A model generated the notes under the pieces. That model worked only from the letters and a program-made list of their open reading frames with translations. It had not been told where the DNA came from and made no database searches. Of a DNA stretch of 64,000 bases, positions 38,565-48,049 are shown piece by piece. This DNA comes from an uncultured Gammaproteobacteria bacterium (lineage in GTDB: Bacteria > Patescibacteriota > Patescibacteriia > UBA11705 > JABHMO01): assembly GCA_964590105.1 (NCBI GenBank), contig CAZPYM010000003.1, positions 72,179 through 136,178 of the forward strand. The letters run 5' to 3'. The position numbers and the translations under genes are program-made. Position 1 is the stretch's first letter. The number at the start of each line of letters is the position of its first letter.

Positions 38565-39365
38565 TTGAATTTTGTTATGTATTATTATATTTACGATACA
38601 TTTCTTGCTGATAAAAAACACGAAAAAGTCATTGACCGGATCAAGACTCGGCTTTTGGATTTAGAAATCCAGGGCAAGCACGAAAAATTAACTTTGCTGA
38701 AAAGCATGGATGAATTAATCCGGGACGAGGTAAAAAAGGGCGTGGATACTGTGATCGTTATTGGTAACGACAAGACTTTTCTCAAAGCGATCGATGTAGC
38801 CGCGCAAAATGATGTTTCTCTGGGGCTGATTCCCGTTGGCGAAGACAATAATTTAGCCCCTTGCCTTGGCGTGCCAATGGAAGAGCCGGCATGTGAAGTG
38901 ATCGCCGCTCGCAAGATTGTAAAGTTTGATTTAGGCAAGATTAATGCACAATATTTTTTCTCAAACCTGAGCATTACAAAAAATCTTGATCGGTTGAGCG
39001 TTCAAAAAGATAAATATAAAATTGTGCCCAGCCGGGAATGTTCGGAAATTGCCATTTACAATTTTTATTTTCCAAACAAGAAACAAAGGTTTGAACGGCA
39101 AATGAAAAAAGTTTCTGCTCAAGACAAAAAGCTTGAATTGGTAATAAGGTCAAAACAGGAAAAAGGGAGCTGGTTTTCTAAAAAAACAGAGACGGCCAGG
39201 ATTGACAGCATTATTCAGGGAGAAGAATTTGAAATAAAAAGTTTTGAATATCTGCCGGTATTGCTTGATGGTTATAAAATTATCAAGACTCCGGTAAAAA
39301 TAGAAGTTGAGCCGAAAAAATTAAAAGTAATTGTTGGCAAAGATAGATTGAAAACTATAAACTAA
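38565..39365 (+). CDS. DAGK-catalytic-domain-like (YegS/BmrU/NAD-kinase fold) protein with divergent motifs
   Basis: VIVIGNDKTFLKAIDV (compare GGDGT) and LGLIPVGEDNNLAPCLG (compare GIIPxGTGNDFAR). The key Gly/Asp/Thr residues are altered. Confidence 0.55.
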   Translation: MNFVMYYYIYDTFLADKKHEKVIDRIKTRLLDLEIQGKHEKLTLLKSMDELIRDEVKKGVDTVIVIGNDKTFLKAIDVAAQNDVSLGLIPVGEDNNLAPCLGVPMEEPACEVIAARKIVKFDLGKINAQYFFSNLSITKNLDRLSVQKDKYKIVPSRECSEIAIYNFYFPNKKQRFERQMKKVSAQDKKLELVIRSKQEKGSWFSKKTETARIDSIIQGEEFEIKSFEYLPVLLDGYKIIKTPVKIEVEPKKLKVIVGKDRLKTIN

Positions 39366-39480
39366 AATTTATACGAATAATGCGAATATGTATGCGAATG
39401 ATGCGAATTGCGAATAACGCGAATAGTATAGTTCGTAATATTCGCGATTTGCGATATTCGTATTAAAATTCGCGAAATTC
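39366..39480. repeat. cluster of GCGAAT/ATTCGC-type repeats, including the core ATGCGAATGATGCGAATT at 39393-39410
   Basis: Dense, both-orientation GCGAAT hexamers upstream of the ferredoxin gene. The same 15-18-mer recurs at 39696-39715 and 52975-52994, and as a reverse complement at 4935-4972. Confidence 0.8.
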
Positions 39481-39494
39481 GCGTTAAACTATTT

Positions 39495-39680
39495 ATGACA
39501 CCAAAAGTAAATCAAGAAACTTGCATCGGTTGCGGCACTTGCGCCGCCGTTGCTGTAGATGTGTTCAAAATGAATGATGCCGGTAAAGCGGAAGTGATTG
39601 CCGGGGATTTTGCCGGCAAAGAAGATTTGATAAATCAGGCGAAGGATGCTTGTCCGGTACAGGCGATTACAGTAGAGTAA
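39495..39680 (+). CDS. small ferredoxin (single-cluster, Pyrococcus-type)
   Basis: 61 aa, CIGCGTC ... CP motif. Confidence 0.7.
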   Translation: MTPKVNQETCIGCGTCAAVAVDVFKMNDAGKAEVIAGDFAGKEDLINQAKDACPVQAITVE

Positions 39681-39760
39681 CACGAATGAGCCGCAACGCG
39701 AATGACGCGAATTAGAAGTTTATATGATTGTCAGGCTGATTCGTGTCATTCGTGTCGAGT
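39681..39760. repeat. GCGAAT-family repeat cluster downstream of the ferredoxin (ACGCGAATGACGCGAATTAG, and the inverse-orientation variant GATTCGTGTCATTCGTGTCG)
   Basis: Shares a 17/18-nt core with 39393-39410 and 52975-52994. It contains both orientations. Confidence 0.8.
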
Positions 39761-39782
39761 CTGTTTATTCGTATTTATTTAT

Positions 39783-39868
39783 GCCCAGGTGGTGGAATCG
39801 GTATACACACATGGTTGAGGGCCATGGCTCTTCGGGGCGTGCGGGTTCAAGTCCCGCCCTGGGCACCA
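39783..39868 (+). tRNA. tRNA-Leu (anticodon GAG), class II with a long variable arm
   Basis: 86 nt. Acceptor GCCCAGG/CCTGGGC, anticodon loop TTGAGGG, variable arm GCTCTTCGGGGC, T arm GCGGG-TTCAAGT-CCCGC, encoded CCA. Confidence 0.8.
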
Positions 39869-39996
39869 TGAATTTTAGAATGAGTACAAAGCTAGATTTC
39901 ATGGTAAAACATTTGTTTAGTTTTTCGGTAGATTCGAATCTCGGGTTCATGCTTGCCGTGTACCCGAACGAAGAGTAGAACTCCGGTAAATTACCA

Positions 39997-40024
39997 CGCC
40001 AAGATGATTGGCGTTTTTTTGTTT
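39997..40024 (+). terminator. Rho-independent terminator
   Basis: cgccaa-gatga-ttggcg followed by a T9 run. Confidence 0.6.
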
Positions 40025-40070
40025 TTATGAATTATGGTATAATTGAATTGAAAAAAAATAATCAATATTT

Positions 40071-40310
40071 ATGTTTGTAAGAATCTTGATTGGCGCTGTT
40101 GTGTGCGCAATTGGTTTTCTTTTAGTAAGAAAAACGGATTGGGCGCTTGATACCGTCGGATCGATAAATTTTGCCGAAAAAATGTTTTCAGGCGGAAGCC
40201 GTTCATTTTACAAATTGTTCGGTGTAATTGTTATTCTGATAGGTTTCCTGGTGATAACAAATTTGCATGAAAGTTTTTTTGGAGGACTATTTCACTTCTT
40301 TTTTGGCTAA
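40071..40310 (+). CDS. small membrane protein (79 aa, 2 TM)
   Basis: Hydrophobic ORF after a terminator. No motif. Confidence 0.45.
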   Translation: MFVRILIGAVVCAIGFLLVRKTDWALDTVGSINFAEKMFSGGSRSFYKLFGVIVILIGFLVITNLHESFFGGLFHFFFG

Positions 40311-40337
40311 TTTGCCGACGGCAAACTGTTTTTTGTT

Positions 40338-40718
40338 ATGAAAGGTTATAAAAAAAGGATTGGCTCCTGGGGGGAAGAACTTGCCGAAAAGTACTTAGTG
40401 GAGCGCGGTTATACTTTGGTGGCAAAAAATTGGAGAGCCCGGGATATGAAAATACTGGGAGAAATTGACTTGATTATGACAAAAGATCAAGAGGTTGTGT
40501 TTGTCGAAGTGAAGACCAGAGCAACTCCGGCTTTTGGTTATGGCGAGCAAGCGGTAACTTATTCTAAAAAGCAAAAGTTAACAAAAGCGATAAATCAATA
40601 TTTAACAGTCCATCCTGAATATGATGATTGTTTTCCTCGTTTTGATATTTTAGTGGTGGAAATTTTTCAACTGACGCCGAATTTTATTCATTTTGAAAAC
40701 GTCGCATTAAATTGTTAA
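40338..40718 (+). CDS. yraN: YraN-family (UPF0102) endonuclease-like protein
   Basis: GEELAEKYLVERGYTLVAKNWR...GEIDLIMTKDQEVVFVEVKTR is the classic YraN pattern. Confidence 0.75.
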   Translation: MKGYKKRIGSWGEELAEKYLVERGYTLVAKNWRARDMKILGEIDLIMTKDQEVVFVEVKTRATPAFGYGEQAVTYSKKQKLTKAINQYLTVHPEYDDCFPRFDILVVEIFQLTPNFIHFENVALNC

Positions 40719-40777
40719 ACTATTAAATCGCCAAACTGTTTAAACAATTTAGCGGTTTAACAATATATTTTATTTTT

Positions 40778-41107
40778 ATGCAAACCCAACAATCTTCTAC
40801 ATCAAATCTTTCAGAAAACAAATTATTGGCGGCCATCAGCTATCTCGGAGTTTTATGCTTAATTCCGCTACTTCTGAAAAAAGACGATAAATTCGTCCAG
40901 TTCCACGCCAAACAAGGGCTGGTGCTTTTTATTGCTGAAATTGTTGTCAGCTTCATTAATATTATCCCTTTTCTTGGGCAAATGATCTGGTTGTTCGTCA
41001 GTTTGGCCTTTTTGCTGATTTCAATTATCGGCTTGATCAAAGCTTGTCAGGGAGAATGGTGGAAAATTCCGTTTTTGTATGAGTATTCGCAAAAAATTAA
41101 CATATAA
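40778..41107 (+). CDS. conserved membrane protein (DUF4870-like)
   Basis: AAISYLGVLCLIPLLLKKDDKFVQFHAKQGLVLFIA motif with 3 TM segments. Confidence 0.45.
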   Translation: MQTQQSSTSNLSENKLLAAISYLGVLCLIPLLLKKDDKFVQFHAKQGLVLFIAEIVVSFINIIPFLGQMIWLFVSLAFLLISIIGLIKACQGEWWKIPFLYEYSQKINI

Positions 41108-41110
41108 AAT

Positions 41111-42544
41111 ATGAAACGGACAAAAATCGTCTGCACAATCGGACCGGCGTCGGACAAAAAGAATATTTTGAAAAAGCTCGTTCAAAACGGTATGAACGTG
41201 GCGAGGCTTAATTTTTCTCACAATGTTCACAAATATCATTTGCAAGTGATAAAAAATGTTCGTGCCATTGCGAGAGAGCTGGGACAGCCGATTGCCATTT
41301 TGCAGGATTTGCAGGGTCCGAGAATTCGGCTTGGCGATCTTCCTGAAAAAGGAATTGAGCTGAAAGCAGGCAAGCAGATTACATTGACGACGTACAAGGG
41401 AATTCAGCAGGAAAAAATTCCAGTTACTTACGAAAAAATGCACGAGGATGTCAAAGCCGGCGAAAGGATTTTGATTGCCGACGGGTTGATTCAGGTAAAT
41501 GTCCTTGAAGTGAAAGGACAGAACATTATTTGCAAAGTAATTAATGGCGGCAAAATTACTTCTCATAAGGGAATAAATTTGCCGGACACCAGCGTCAGCG
41601 TACCGGCTGTTTCTGGAAAAGACAAAGACGATTTGCTTTTTGGCGTGAAAAACAGAGTTGATTTTGTGGCCTTGTCTTTTGTGCGGACAGCCAAGGATGT
41701 TTATGACCTGAAGTATTTGATTCAAAAATATCAGCAAAAATTAAAAATAAAAGAAAAACAGCCGATAAAAGTTATAGTAAAAATTGAGCGTCGGGAGGCC
41801 ATTGAAAATATTGACGAAATTATTGAAGCCACGGACGCTGTGATGGTGGCGCGCGGCGATTTGGGCATTGAACTGCCGGCGGAAGACGTGCCGCTCATGC
41901 AAAAAATGATTATTGACAAGTGCCTGGCCGCGGCCAAACCGGTAATTGTGGCTACGCAGATGCTTGAGTCAATGATAATTAATCCCCGGCCAACGCGCGC
42001 CGAGGTCAGCGATGTGGCCAATGCGGTAATTGATCATACTGACGCAGTCATGCTGTCCGGCGAAACCGCTTCAGGAAAATATCCGGCGGTAGCGGTTGAA
42101 TACATGAAAAAAATAATTGAAAAAACAGAAAAATCAACATATGATGATTTGGTTTTGCAGGAGAAAGTAAAAAAAATTGTGCCTACAAGCGACGCGGTCA
42201 GCAGTGTGGCGAAAATGCTGGCTGAACACGTGAAAGCTAAATTGATTTTAGCCGCCTCGCTTTCCGGTTATTCCGGCCGAATCGTCAGCCGCTACCGTCC
42301 GGAATTGCCGATTTTGGTTGCTTGCGATAATGAGCGAACCGAGCGCCAATTGAATTTGAGCTGGGGCATTATTCCGTTTGTTCTCCCGCGCTGTGATTCC
42401 ATTGAAGAGCTGCTTGATCGTTCAGTCGGGTATTTAAAGAAAAATAAGTATCTTTTTAAAGAAGATAAGATAATTATCGTGGCCGGCGAGCCGGTTGGCA
42501 GGAGCGGGAATGTTAATTTGGTTGAGATTAAAACGATAAACTAG
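41111..42544 (+). CDS. pyk: pyruvate kinase
   Basis: MKRTKIVCTIGPAS...NFSHN... and ...MVARGDLGIE... Confidence 0.92.
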   Translation: MKRTKIVCTIGPASDKKNILKKLVQNGMNVARLNFSHNVHKYHLQVIKNVRAIARELGQPIAILQDLQGPRIRLGDLPEKGIELKAGKQITLTTYKGIQQEKIPVTYEKMHEDVKAGERILIADGLIQVNVLEVKGQNIICKVINGGKITSHKGINLPDTSVSVPAVSGKDKDDLLFGVKNRVDFVALSFVRTAKDVYDLKYLIQKYQQKLKIKEKQPIKVIVKIERREAIENIDEIIEATDAVMVARGDLGIELPAEDVPLMQKMIIDKCLAAAKPVIVATQMLESMIINPRPTRAEVSDVANAVIDHTDAVMLSGETASGKYPAVAVEYMKKIIEKTEKSTYDDLVLQEKVKKIVPTSDAVSSVAKMLAEHVKAKLILAASLSGYSGRIVSRYRPELPILVACDNERTERQLNLSWGIIPFVLPRCDSIEELLDRSVGYLKKNKYLFKEDKIIIVAGEPVGRSGNVNLVEIKTIN

Positions 42545-42546
42545 GT

Positions 42547-44919
42547 ATGACAAAGAAAAATAAGTATATTTTGTTTTTTCGGGAAATCAATAAAACCGAC
42601 ATTGGTCTAGTCGGCGGGAAAAATGCCTCGCTCGGCGAAATGTATTCCAATTTGGGGAAAAGAGGCATTCTGGTTCCGGACGGTTTTGCAATTACAGCCA
42701 AGGCTTATTTTGATTTTATTGGCGAGGCAAAGATAAAAAATAAGATCGCTAAAATTTTAAAAGGCTTGGATGTGCAGAACGTAAGAGAGCTGGCGCTTCG
42801 AAGTTCAGAGGTCAGAGAATTAATTATACAGGCCGAGTTTTCAGAAAAACTTCAAACGCAGATTATTTCTGCCTATAATATTTTGTCAAAAAAATATAAG
42901 GCTGGAAATCTCGATGTGGCAGTGAGAAGTTCAGCCACGGCGGAAGACCTGCCAATAGCTTCATTCGCTGGGCAACTGGAGTCTTATTTGAATATTTCCG
43001 GAGAAAAAGAACTTTTACTGACAATAAAAAAATGTTTTGCTTCTTTGTTTACCAATCGAGCTGTTTCTTATCGGTATGACAAAAAATTTCCGCTGTGGAA
43101 AGTTGGAATTTCAGTGGGCGTGCAAAAAATGGTTAGAAGCGACAAAGCCGGCGCAGGCGTAATGTTTACCCTGGAAACTGAAAGCGGGTTTAAAGATTTA
43201 GTCATGATAAACGCGGGATTCGGGCTTGGCGAAAATGTGGTCAAAGGCAGAATAATGCCGGACGAGTATTTTGTTTTCAAAAAAACATTAGTCGGTAAAT
43301 TCAAGCCGATTATCAGAAAAGAAATCGGAAAAAAAGAATGGAAATTGATTTATAGTTTCAATAAACAAAAGTCCACGAAGAATTTATTAACCCCAAAAGC
43401 GGAGCGGCAGAAATTTGTGTTGAGCGATTCTGAAATTTTACAGCTGGCAAAATGGGGCGTGGAAATAGAAAAATATTTTAACAAGCCGATGGATATTGAG
43501 TGGGCCAAGGACGGAAATGACAAGAAAATTTATATCGTGCAGGCGCGGCCTGAAACGGTTCATTCTCAAAAAAATCAAAATATTTTCGAAGAGTATACGC
43601 TCTTGGCAAAATCAAAGGTTATATTAAAAGGTTTGAGCGTCGGCAATAAAATTGGCAGCGGGCAAGTGCGGATTGTAAAAAATCCCGCGGAATTGAGCCG
43701 TTTCAAGCAAGGCGAAATTTTGGTGGCGAAAATAACTGACCCAGCCTGGGAGCCGATTATGAAAGCGGCCGGAGCCATTATTACTGACAGCGGCGGCAGG
43801 ACGTGCCACGCGGCAATAATCAGCAGAGAGATGGGAGTTCCCTGCGTGGTGGGGACAAAACAAGCAACTTCAATTTTAAAAAATGGACAAAAGATTACGG
43901 TTGACTGTTCCGAGGGAACAGACGGAACAATTTATCAGGGTGAGTTAAAAATTAACAAAAAGAAAATCAATCTGTCAAAAGTAAGCTTACCAAAAAAAGT
44001 AAAAATAATGATGAATATCGGCAATCCTGATATTGCTTTTGCCAGTTCTTTCCTGCCGAATAGCGGCGTGGGATTGGCGCGCGAAGAATTTATTATCAGT
44101 AATTATGTCGGCATCCATCCTTTGGCGCTCCTTGATTATTGCCGTTTGCCCTTGAAGCTTAAAAAGCAGATTGAAGAGTTAACGCCGAATTATAAAGATA
44201 AAAGCCAATATTATATTGATCGGTTGTCGCAGGGGGTAGGCCAGATAGCGGCGGCTTTTTATCCGAAAGAAGTAATCGTGCGTTTTTCTGATTTTAAAAC
44301 CAATGAATATCGCAGTTTGGTCGGCGGCAATCTTTATGAACCAAAAGAAGCCAATCCAATGATCGGTTGGCGCGGCGCTTCGCGGTATTATGATCCGAAG
44401 TTCAAGAAAGCGTTCATTATGGAAATCGAAGCGATCAAAAAGGCACGCGAAGTTTTTGGTTTAGACAATATAAATGTGATGATTCCGTTTTGCCGCAGCG
44501 TGGAAGAAGCAAAAAAAGTCATGGCGATATTAAAGCAAAACGGTTTAAAAAGAAGTAAAAAATTGAAAGTATATTTGATGTGTGAATTGCCGGTTAATGT
44601 TTTGAACGCTGAATCATTCTTGCCTTTGGTTGACGGCTATAGCATCGGCAGCAATGATCTGACGCAGCTGACTCTCGGCGTTGACCGCGATTCTGAGCTG
44701 GTCAGCCATATTTATAATGAATTGAACCCTGCTGTTTTGAAAAGTCTGGCGCAGGTAATTTCCACCTGCCGCCGGATGAAGAAAAAAGTGGGAATTTGCG
44801 GGCAGGCACCGTCCGACTTTCCGGAATTTGCTAGGTTTTTAGTGAAAAATAAAATTGATTCAATGTCTCTAACTCCGGATTCGGTGATTAAAACCATAAA
44901 GAAAATAAAAAACAAATGA
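42547..44919 (+). CDS. ppsA: phosphoenolpyruvate synthase (pyruvate, water dikinase)
   Basis: 790 aa. ATP-grasp N-terminus, phosphohistidine domain GGRTCHAAIISREMGVPCVVG, and a PEP-utilising TIM barrel. Confidence 0.88.
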   Translation: MTKKNKYILFFREINKTDIGLVGGKNASLGEMYSNLGKRGILVPDGFAITAKAYFDFIGEAKIKNKIAKILKGLDVQNVRELALRSSEVRELIIQAEFSEKLQTQIISAYNILSKKYKAGNLDVAVRSSATAEDLPIASFAGQLESYLNISGEKELLLTIKKCFASLFTNRAVSYRYDKKFPLWKVGISVGVQKMVRSDKAGAGVMFTLETESGFKDLVMINAGFGLGENVVKGRIMPDEYFVFKKTLVGKFKPIIRKEIGKKEWKLIYSFNKQKSTKNLLTPKAERQKFVLSDSEILQLAKWGVEIEKYFNKPMDIEWAKDGNDKKIYIVQARPETVHSQKNQNIFEEYTLLAKSKVILKGLSVGNKIGSGQVRIVKNPAELSRFKQGEILVAKITDPAWEPIMKAAGAIITDSGGRTCHAAIISREMGVPCVVGTKQATSILKNGQKITVDCSEGTDGTIYQGELKINKKKINLSKVSLPKKVKIMMNIGNPDIAFASSFLPNSGVGLAREEFIISNYVGIHPLALLDYCRLPLKLKKQIEELTPNYKDKSQYYIDRLSQGVGQIAAAFYPKEVIVRFSDFKTNEYRSLVGGNLYEPKEANPMIGWRGASRYYDPKFKKAFIMEIEAIKKAREVFGLDNINVMIPFCRSVEEAKKVMAILKQNGLKRSKKLKVYLMCELPVNVLNAESFLPLVDGYSIGSNDLTQLTLGVDRDSELVSHIYNELNPAVLKSLAQVISTCRRMKKKVGICGQAPSDFPEFARFLVKNKIDSMSLTPDSVIKTIKKIKNK

Positions 44920-45152
44920 AATCGCAGGCAAAATATTTAATTTTATTAATATTTATTTTGGTGGTTATCCTGGCGATGTTTTTTATTTATTCAAATATTA
45001 ATTCGCCGGAAAAAATTGTTTATTATCAGGAAAAGCCAAAAATATTAGAAAAAGTTTACTGCATTATCAGGGGCGGCGCGTTGGAAATTTTGGAGGATGG
45101 CGCGATCAACAGTGAAGACGGTCTTGCTGTTTATCTTTGCCATTTCCATTAG
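44916..45152 (+). CDS. small membrane-anchored hypothetical protein (78 aa), start overlaps the ppsA stop
   Basis: ATGA overlap, one TM helix, C/H residues at the C-terminus. Confidence 0.4.
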   Translation: MKSQAKYLILLIFILVVILAMFFIYSNINSPEKIVYYQEKPKILEKVYCIIRGGALEILEDGAINSEDGLAVYLCHFH

Positions 45153-45176
45153 AAAAATAAAAAAATATAAACGGTT

Positions 45177-46316
45177 ATGATTTTTAGCGAAAAAAAAACC
45201 AGTTTCTGGGAGGCGGTGGCCACGCTTGTCGGCACAATTATTGGCGCGGGAGTTCTCGGCGTGCCGTTTGTTATTGCTCAGGTCGGTGTTTTACCAGGAT
45301 TTATAATGTTGGCGATTTTAGGATTAGCGGCAATGCTTATGAATTTAATGTTTGCCGAAGTGGTTCTGCGTACTCATTTCCGGCATCAGATAGCCGGATA
45401 TGCAAAAAAGTATTTGGGAGTCTTTGCCTACCGAATAGCGACTGTGGCGGTTCTGATCGGCGGCTATGGCGCGCTAACTGCGTATTTGATTGGCGAAGGT
45501 GAAGTTTTGTCGGCGCTTTTTGGCGGGGAAAGTTTTTTGTACAGTTTGTTTTTCTTTGTTATTTGTGCAGTGGTTCTATATGTTGGTCTAAAACTGGTAA
45601 AAGTTTTTGAGCTTTGGATGGTGGCGATATTTATTATTATCATTTTAATCATCTTTGCCAAAAGTTACTTGTCAATTGATTTTTCAAATTTGCATTATGT
45701 TCACTGGAGCAAAATTTTTCTGCCGTACGGCGTGATTTTATTTGCCTACGGCGGCGCGGCCTCAGTCGTGCCTTTGCGTGAAATTCTGCGCCGCCGTGAA
45801 AAGTTAGTTCCTCATGCCGTCGCTGTCGCCAGTATTATTCCTATTATTATTTATTGCATTTTTGCTATTGTGGTCGTGGGCGTTACAGGCTTGTCAACAA
45901 CAGAAGTAGGCTCGGTTGGTTTGGGGCAGACAATTGGACCTTTTATGATTGTTTTTGGAAATTTATTCGCAGTTTTTGCTATGGGCACCAGTTTTTTGAT
46001 TATTGGCGAAACCATGAAGGAATTTTTTCAGTTTGATTTTAAAATGCCAAAGCCGGCAGCTTGGCTAAGCGTCGTATCAATTCCATTAATTATTTTTTTG
46101 GTCGGGGCCAGAGATTTTATTGCAGTGATGAGCATTGCCGGCAGTCTTACTTTTGGTTTGACCGGAATCCTTTTGGTTTTAATGTATTGGAAAGCCAAGA
46201 AGCATGGCGACCGCCGGCCGGAATTTAGCTTGCCAAAATTTAAAGTTGTTGGTTTGGCCTTGATTGCCATGTTCGCGGCGGGCATTGGTTATGCTGTTAT
46301 TGAGTTGTTAAAATAG
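45177..46316 (+). CDS. amino-acid permease (Trp/Tyr-permease-like HAAAP family)
   Basis: About 11 TM segments, N-terminal TLVGTIIGAGVLGVPFVIAQ motif. Confidence 0.55.
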   Translation: MIFSEKKTSFWEAVATLVGTIIGAGVLGVPFVIAQVGVLPGFIMLAILGLAAMLMNLMFAEVVLRTHFRHQIAGYAKKYLGVFAYRIATVAVLIGGYGALTAYLIGEGEVLSALFGGESFLYSLFFFVICAVVLYVGLKLVKVFELWMVAIFIIIILIIFAKSYLSIDFSNLHYVHWSKIFLPYGVILFAYGGAASVVPLREILRRREKLVPHAVAVASIIPIIIYCIFAIVVVGVTGLSTTEVGSVGLGQTIGPFMIVFGNLFAVFAMGTSFLIIGETMKEFFQFDFKMPKPAAWLSVVSIPLIIFLVGARDFIAVMSIAGSLTFGLTGILLVLMYWKAKKHGDRRPEFSLPKFKVVGLALIAMFAAGIGYAVIELLK

Positions 46317-46441
46317 CGATTGATTACATCGAATACAGAATGTTTGTTAAATCGGTTCTATTGAAAATGGAGCTTTTTTTGTTTCTAAAATAAGCTTGAT
46401 TTAGCTGTAATTTTGTGTTATGGTAATGAAGATTCACTCCT

Positions 46442-47926
46442 ATGAAAGATGCGACCAAATTAAAAATTTATGAAATGATCCCGGGCACTTTGATCTGGAC
46501 GAGCTTTATTTTGTCTTTTGTTTTGTCATTTATTTGGCCTATTTTCGTTATTTGTTTCATTATTGCTTTTGATTTATATTGGCTATTACGTGTTTTGCAT
46601 TTTATTTTCTACGCCAGTTATTCATATTTCAAATACAAGAGCACGATTCAAATCGATTGGTTGGGTAAAGTCGAAAAGATCCCCGGCTGGGAAAAAATTT
46701 ATCATATTATTTATATCCCGACTTATGGCGAACCGGTCGAAGTTTTGCGCACGACTTTTAATAGTTTGTGCAACAGCAGTTATCCTTTGAAAAAAATGAT
46801 TGTTATCCTGGGCGGAGAAGGCAGGGTAGAACAAGATTTTAGAACCAAGGCGGCTCAGATAAAAAAAGAATTTGGCGATAAATTTTTTCAATTAAAGTTT
46901 ACTATTCATCCAGATGGATTACCGGGAGAATTAAAGGGCAAAGGCGCCAATGCCAATTGGATGGGGCACAAGTCGCAGCAATTGATTGACGAGCTGAAAA
47001 TTCCTTATGAAAATTTAATTGCTTCATATTTTGACTGCGATACTTGCGTGCACAAAAAATATTTTGCTCATTTGACTTACCGTTATCTGACTCACAAAAC
47101 ACCGACCAGAGTTTCATATCAGCCGGCGGTAAATTACAACAACAATATCTGGGACGCGCCGGCGGCCATGAGGGTGACAGCTTTTGGCACAATTTTCTGG
47201 CTACTGATGGATCTGATGCGGCCAGAGCGTTTGTATACATTTAGTTCTCATTCAATGAGTTTCAAAGCGCTCGTTGATGTCGGCTTTTGGCAAAAAGATA
47301 TTGTGACTGATGATTCCAGAATATTTTTGCAATGTTTTTTCAAATACCATGGCAACTATGCGGTTGAGCCAATGTATGTCCCTGTTTCCATGGATACGGT
47401 GATGGATAAAAATTATTGGCAAGGATTTAAGAATCTTTACAAGCAGCAGCGGCGCTGGGCCTGGGGCGTGGAGCATTTTCCGTATATGATGCTGAATTTT
47501 GGCAAAGATAAAAAAATCCCCTGGTACAAAAAATTAAAATACACCTGGAATTTAACAGAAGGAATGTATTCCTGGGCAACTGCTCCGATTTTGATTTTTG
47601 TTTTAGGCCGCTTGCCCCTGTGGGTCGCCGGCAGAGGCGAGGTTTCCTCATCAGTAATTGTTCAGAATGCCCCATTTGTACTTGAATGGCTTATGTCCGC
47701 CGCTATGATCGGTATATTTTTTTCGGCAATAATTAGTTTGCTTATACTGCCGCCGCGTCCAAAGGATCATCCGCGCTGGAAATATCTGATTATGTTTTTG
47801 CAGTGGATTTTACTGCCCGTAACATTGGTTATTTTCGGTTCTATCCCGGCAACAGAGGCGCAAACTCGTTTGATGTTGCCAAAAAAATATCATTTGGGAT
47901 TTTTCACCACGCCGAAAGTACGGTAA
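46442..47926 (+). CDS. family 2 glycosyltransferase, processive/cellulose-synthase-like (QxxRW)
   Basis: QQRRWAWG motif, N- and C-terminal TM helices, 494 aa. Confidence 0.7.
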   Translation: MKDATKLKIYEMIPGTLIWTSFILSFVLSFIWPIFVICFIIAFDLYWLLRVLHFIFYASYSYFKYKSTIQIDWLGKVEKIPGWEKIYHIIYIPTYGEPVEVLRTTFNSLCNSSYPLKKMIVILGGEGRVEQDFRTKAAQIKKEFGDKFFQLKFTIHPDGLPGELKGKGANANWMGHKSQQLIDELKIPYENLIASYFDCDTCVHKKYFAHLTYRYLTHKTPTRVSYQPAVNYNNNIWDAPAAMRVTAFGTIFWLLMDLMRPERLYTFSSHSMSFKALVDVGFWQKDIVTDDSRIFLQCFFKYHGNYAVEPMYVPVSMDTVMDKNYWQGFKNLYKQQRRWAWGVEHFPYMMLNFGKDKKIPWYKKLKYTWNLTEGMYSWATAPILIFVLGRLPLWVAGRGEVSSSVIVQNAPFVLEWLMSAAMIGIFFSAIISLLILPPRPKDHPRWKYLIMFLQWILLPVTLVIFGSIPATEAQTRLMLPKKYHLGFFTTPKVR

Positions 47927-47983
47927 GTAAGGTCATTATTATTCCAAATAAACGTCAAGTTCCAAATTTAGAAAATTAGAATA

Positions 47984-48030
47984 ATTGTAATTTGTAATTT
48001 TTGCTTTATCGTTTGTAATTTGTTTTTGTA
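47984..48030. repeat. TTGTAATT tandem/dispersed repeat array
   Basis: ttgtaatttgtaattt ... tttgtaatttgtttttgtaatttgtaatc. The reverse complement of this motif occurs in frame inside valS (33611-33668). Confidence 0.75.
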
Positions 48031-48049
48031 ATTTGTAATCTAAACTATT

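Noticed and set aside
39724-39978. ORFs of 84 aa (+) and 61 aa (-) overlapping 39724-39978
   Set aside because: They overlap the tRNA-Leu gene and the GCGAAT repeat cluster, so they are spurious.
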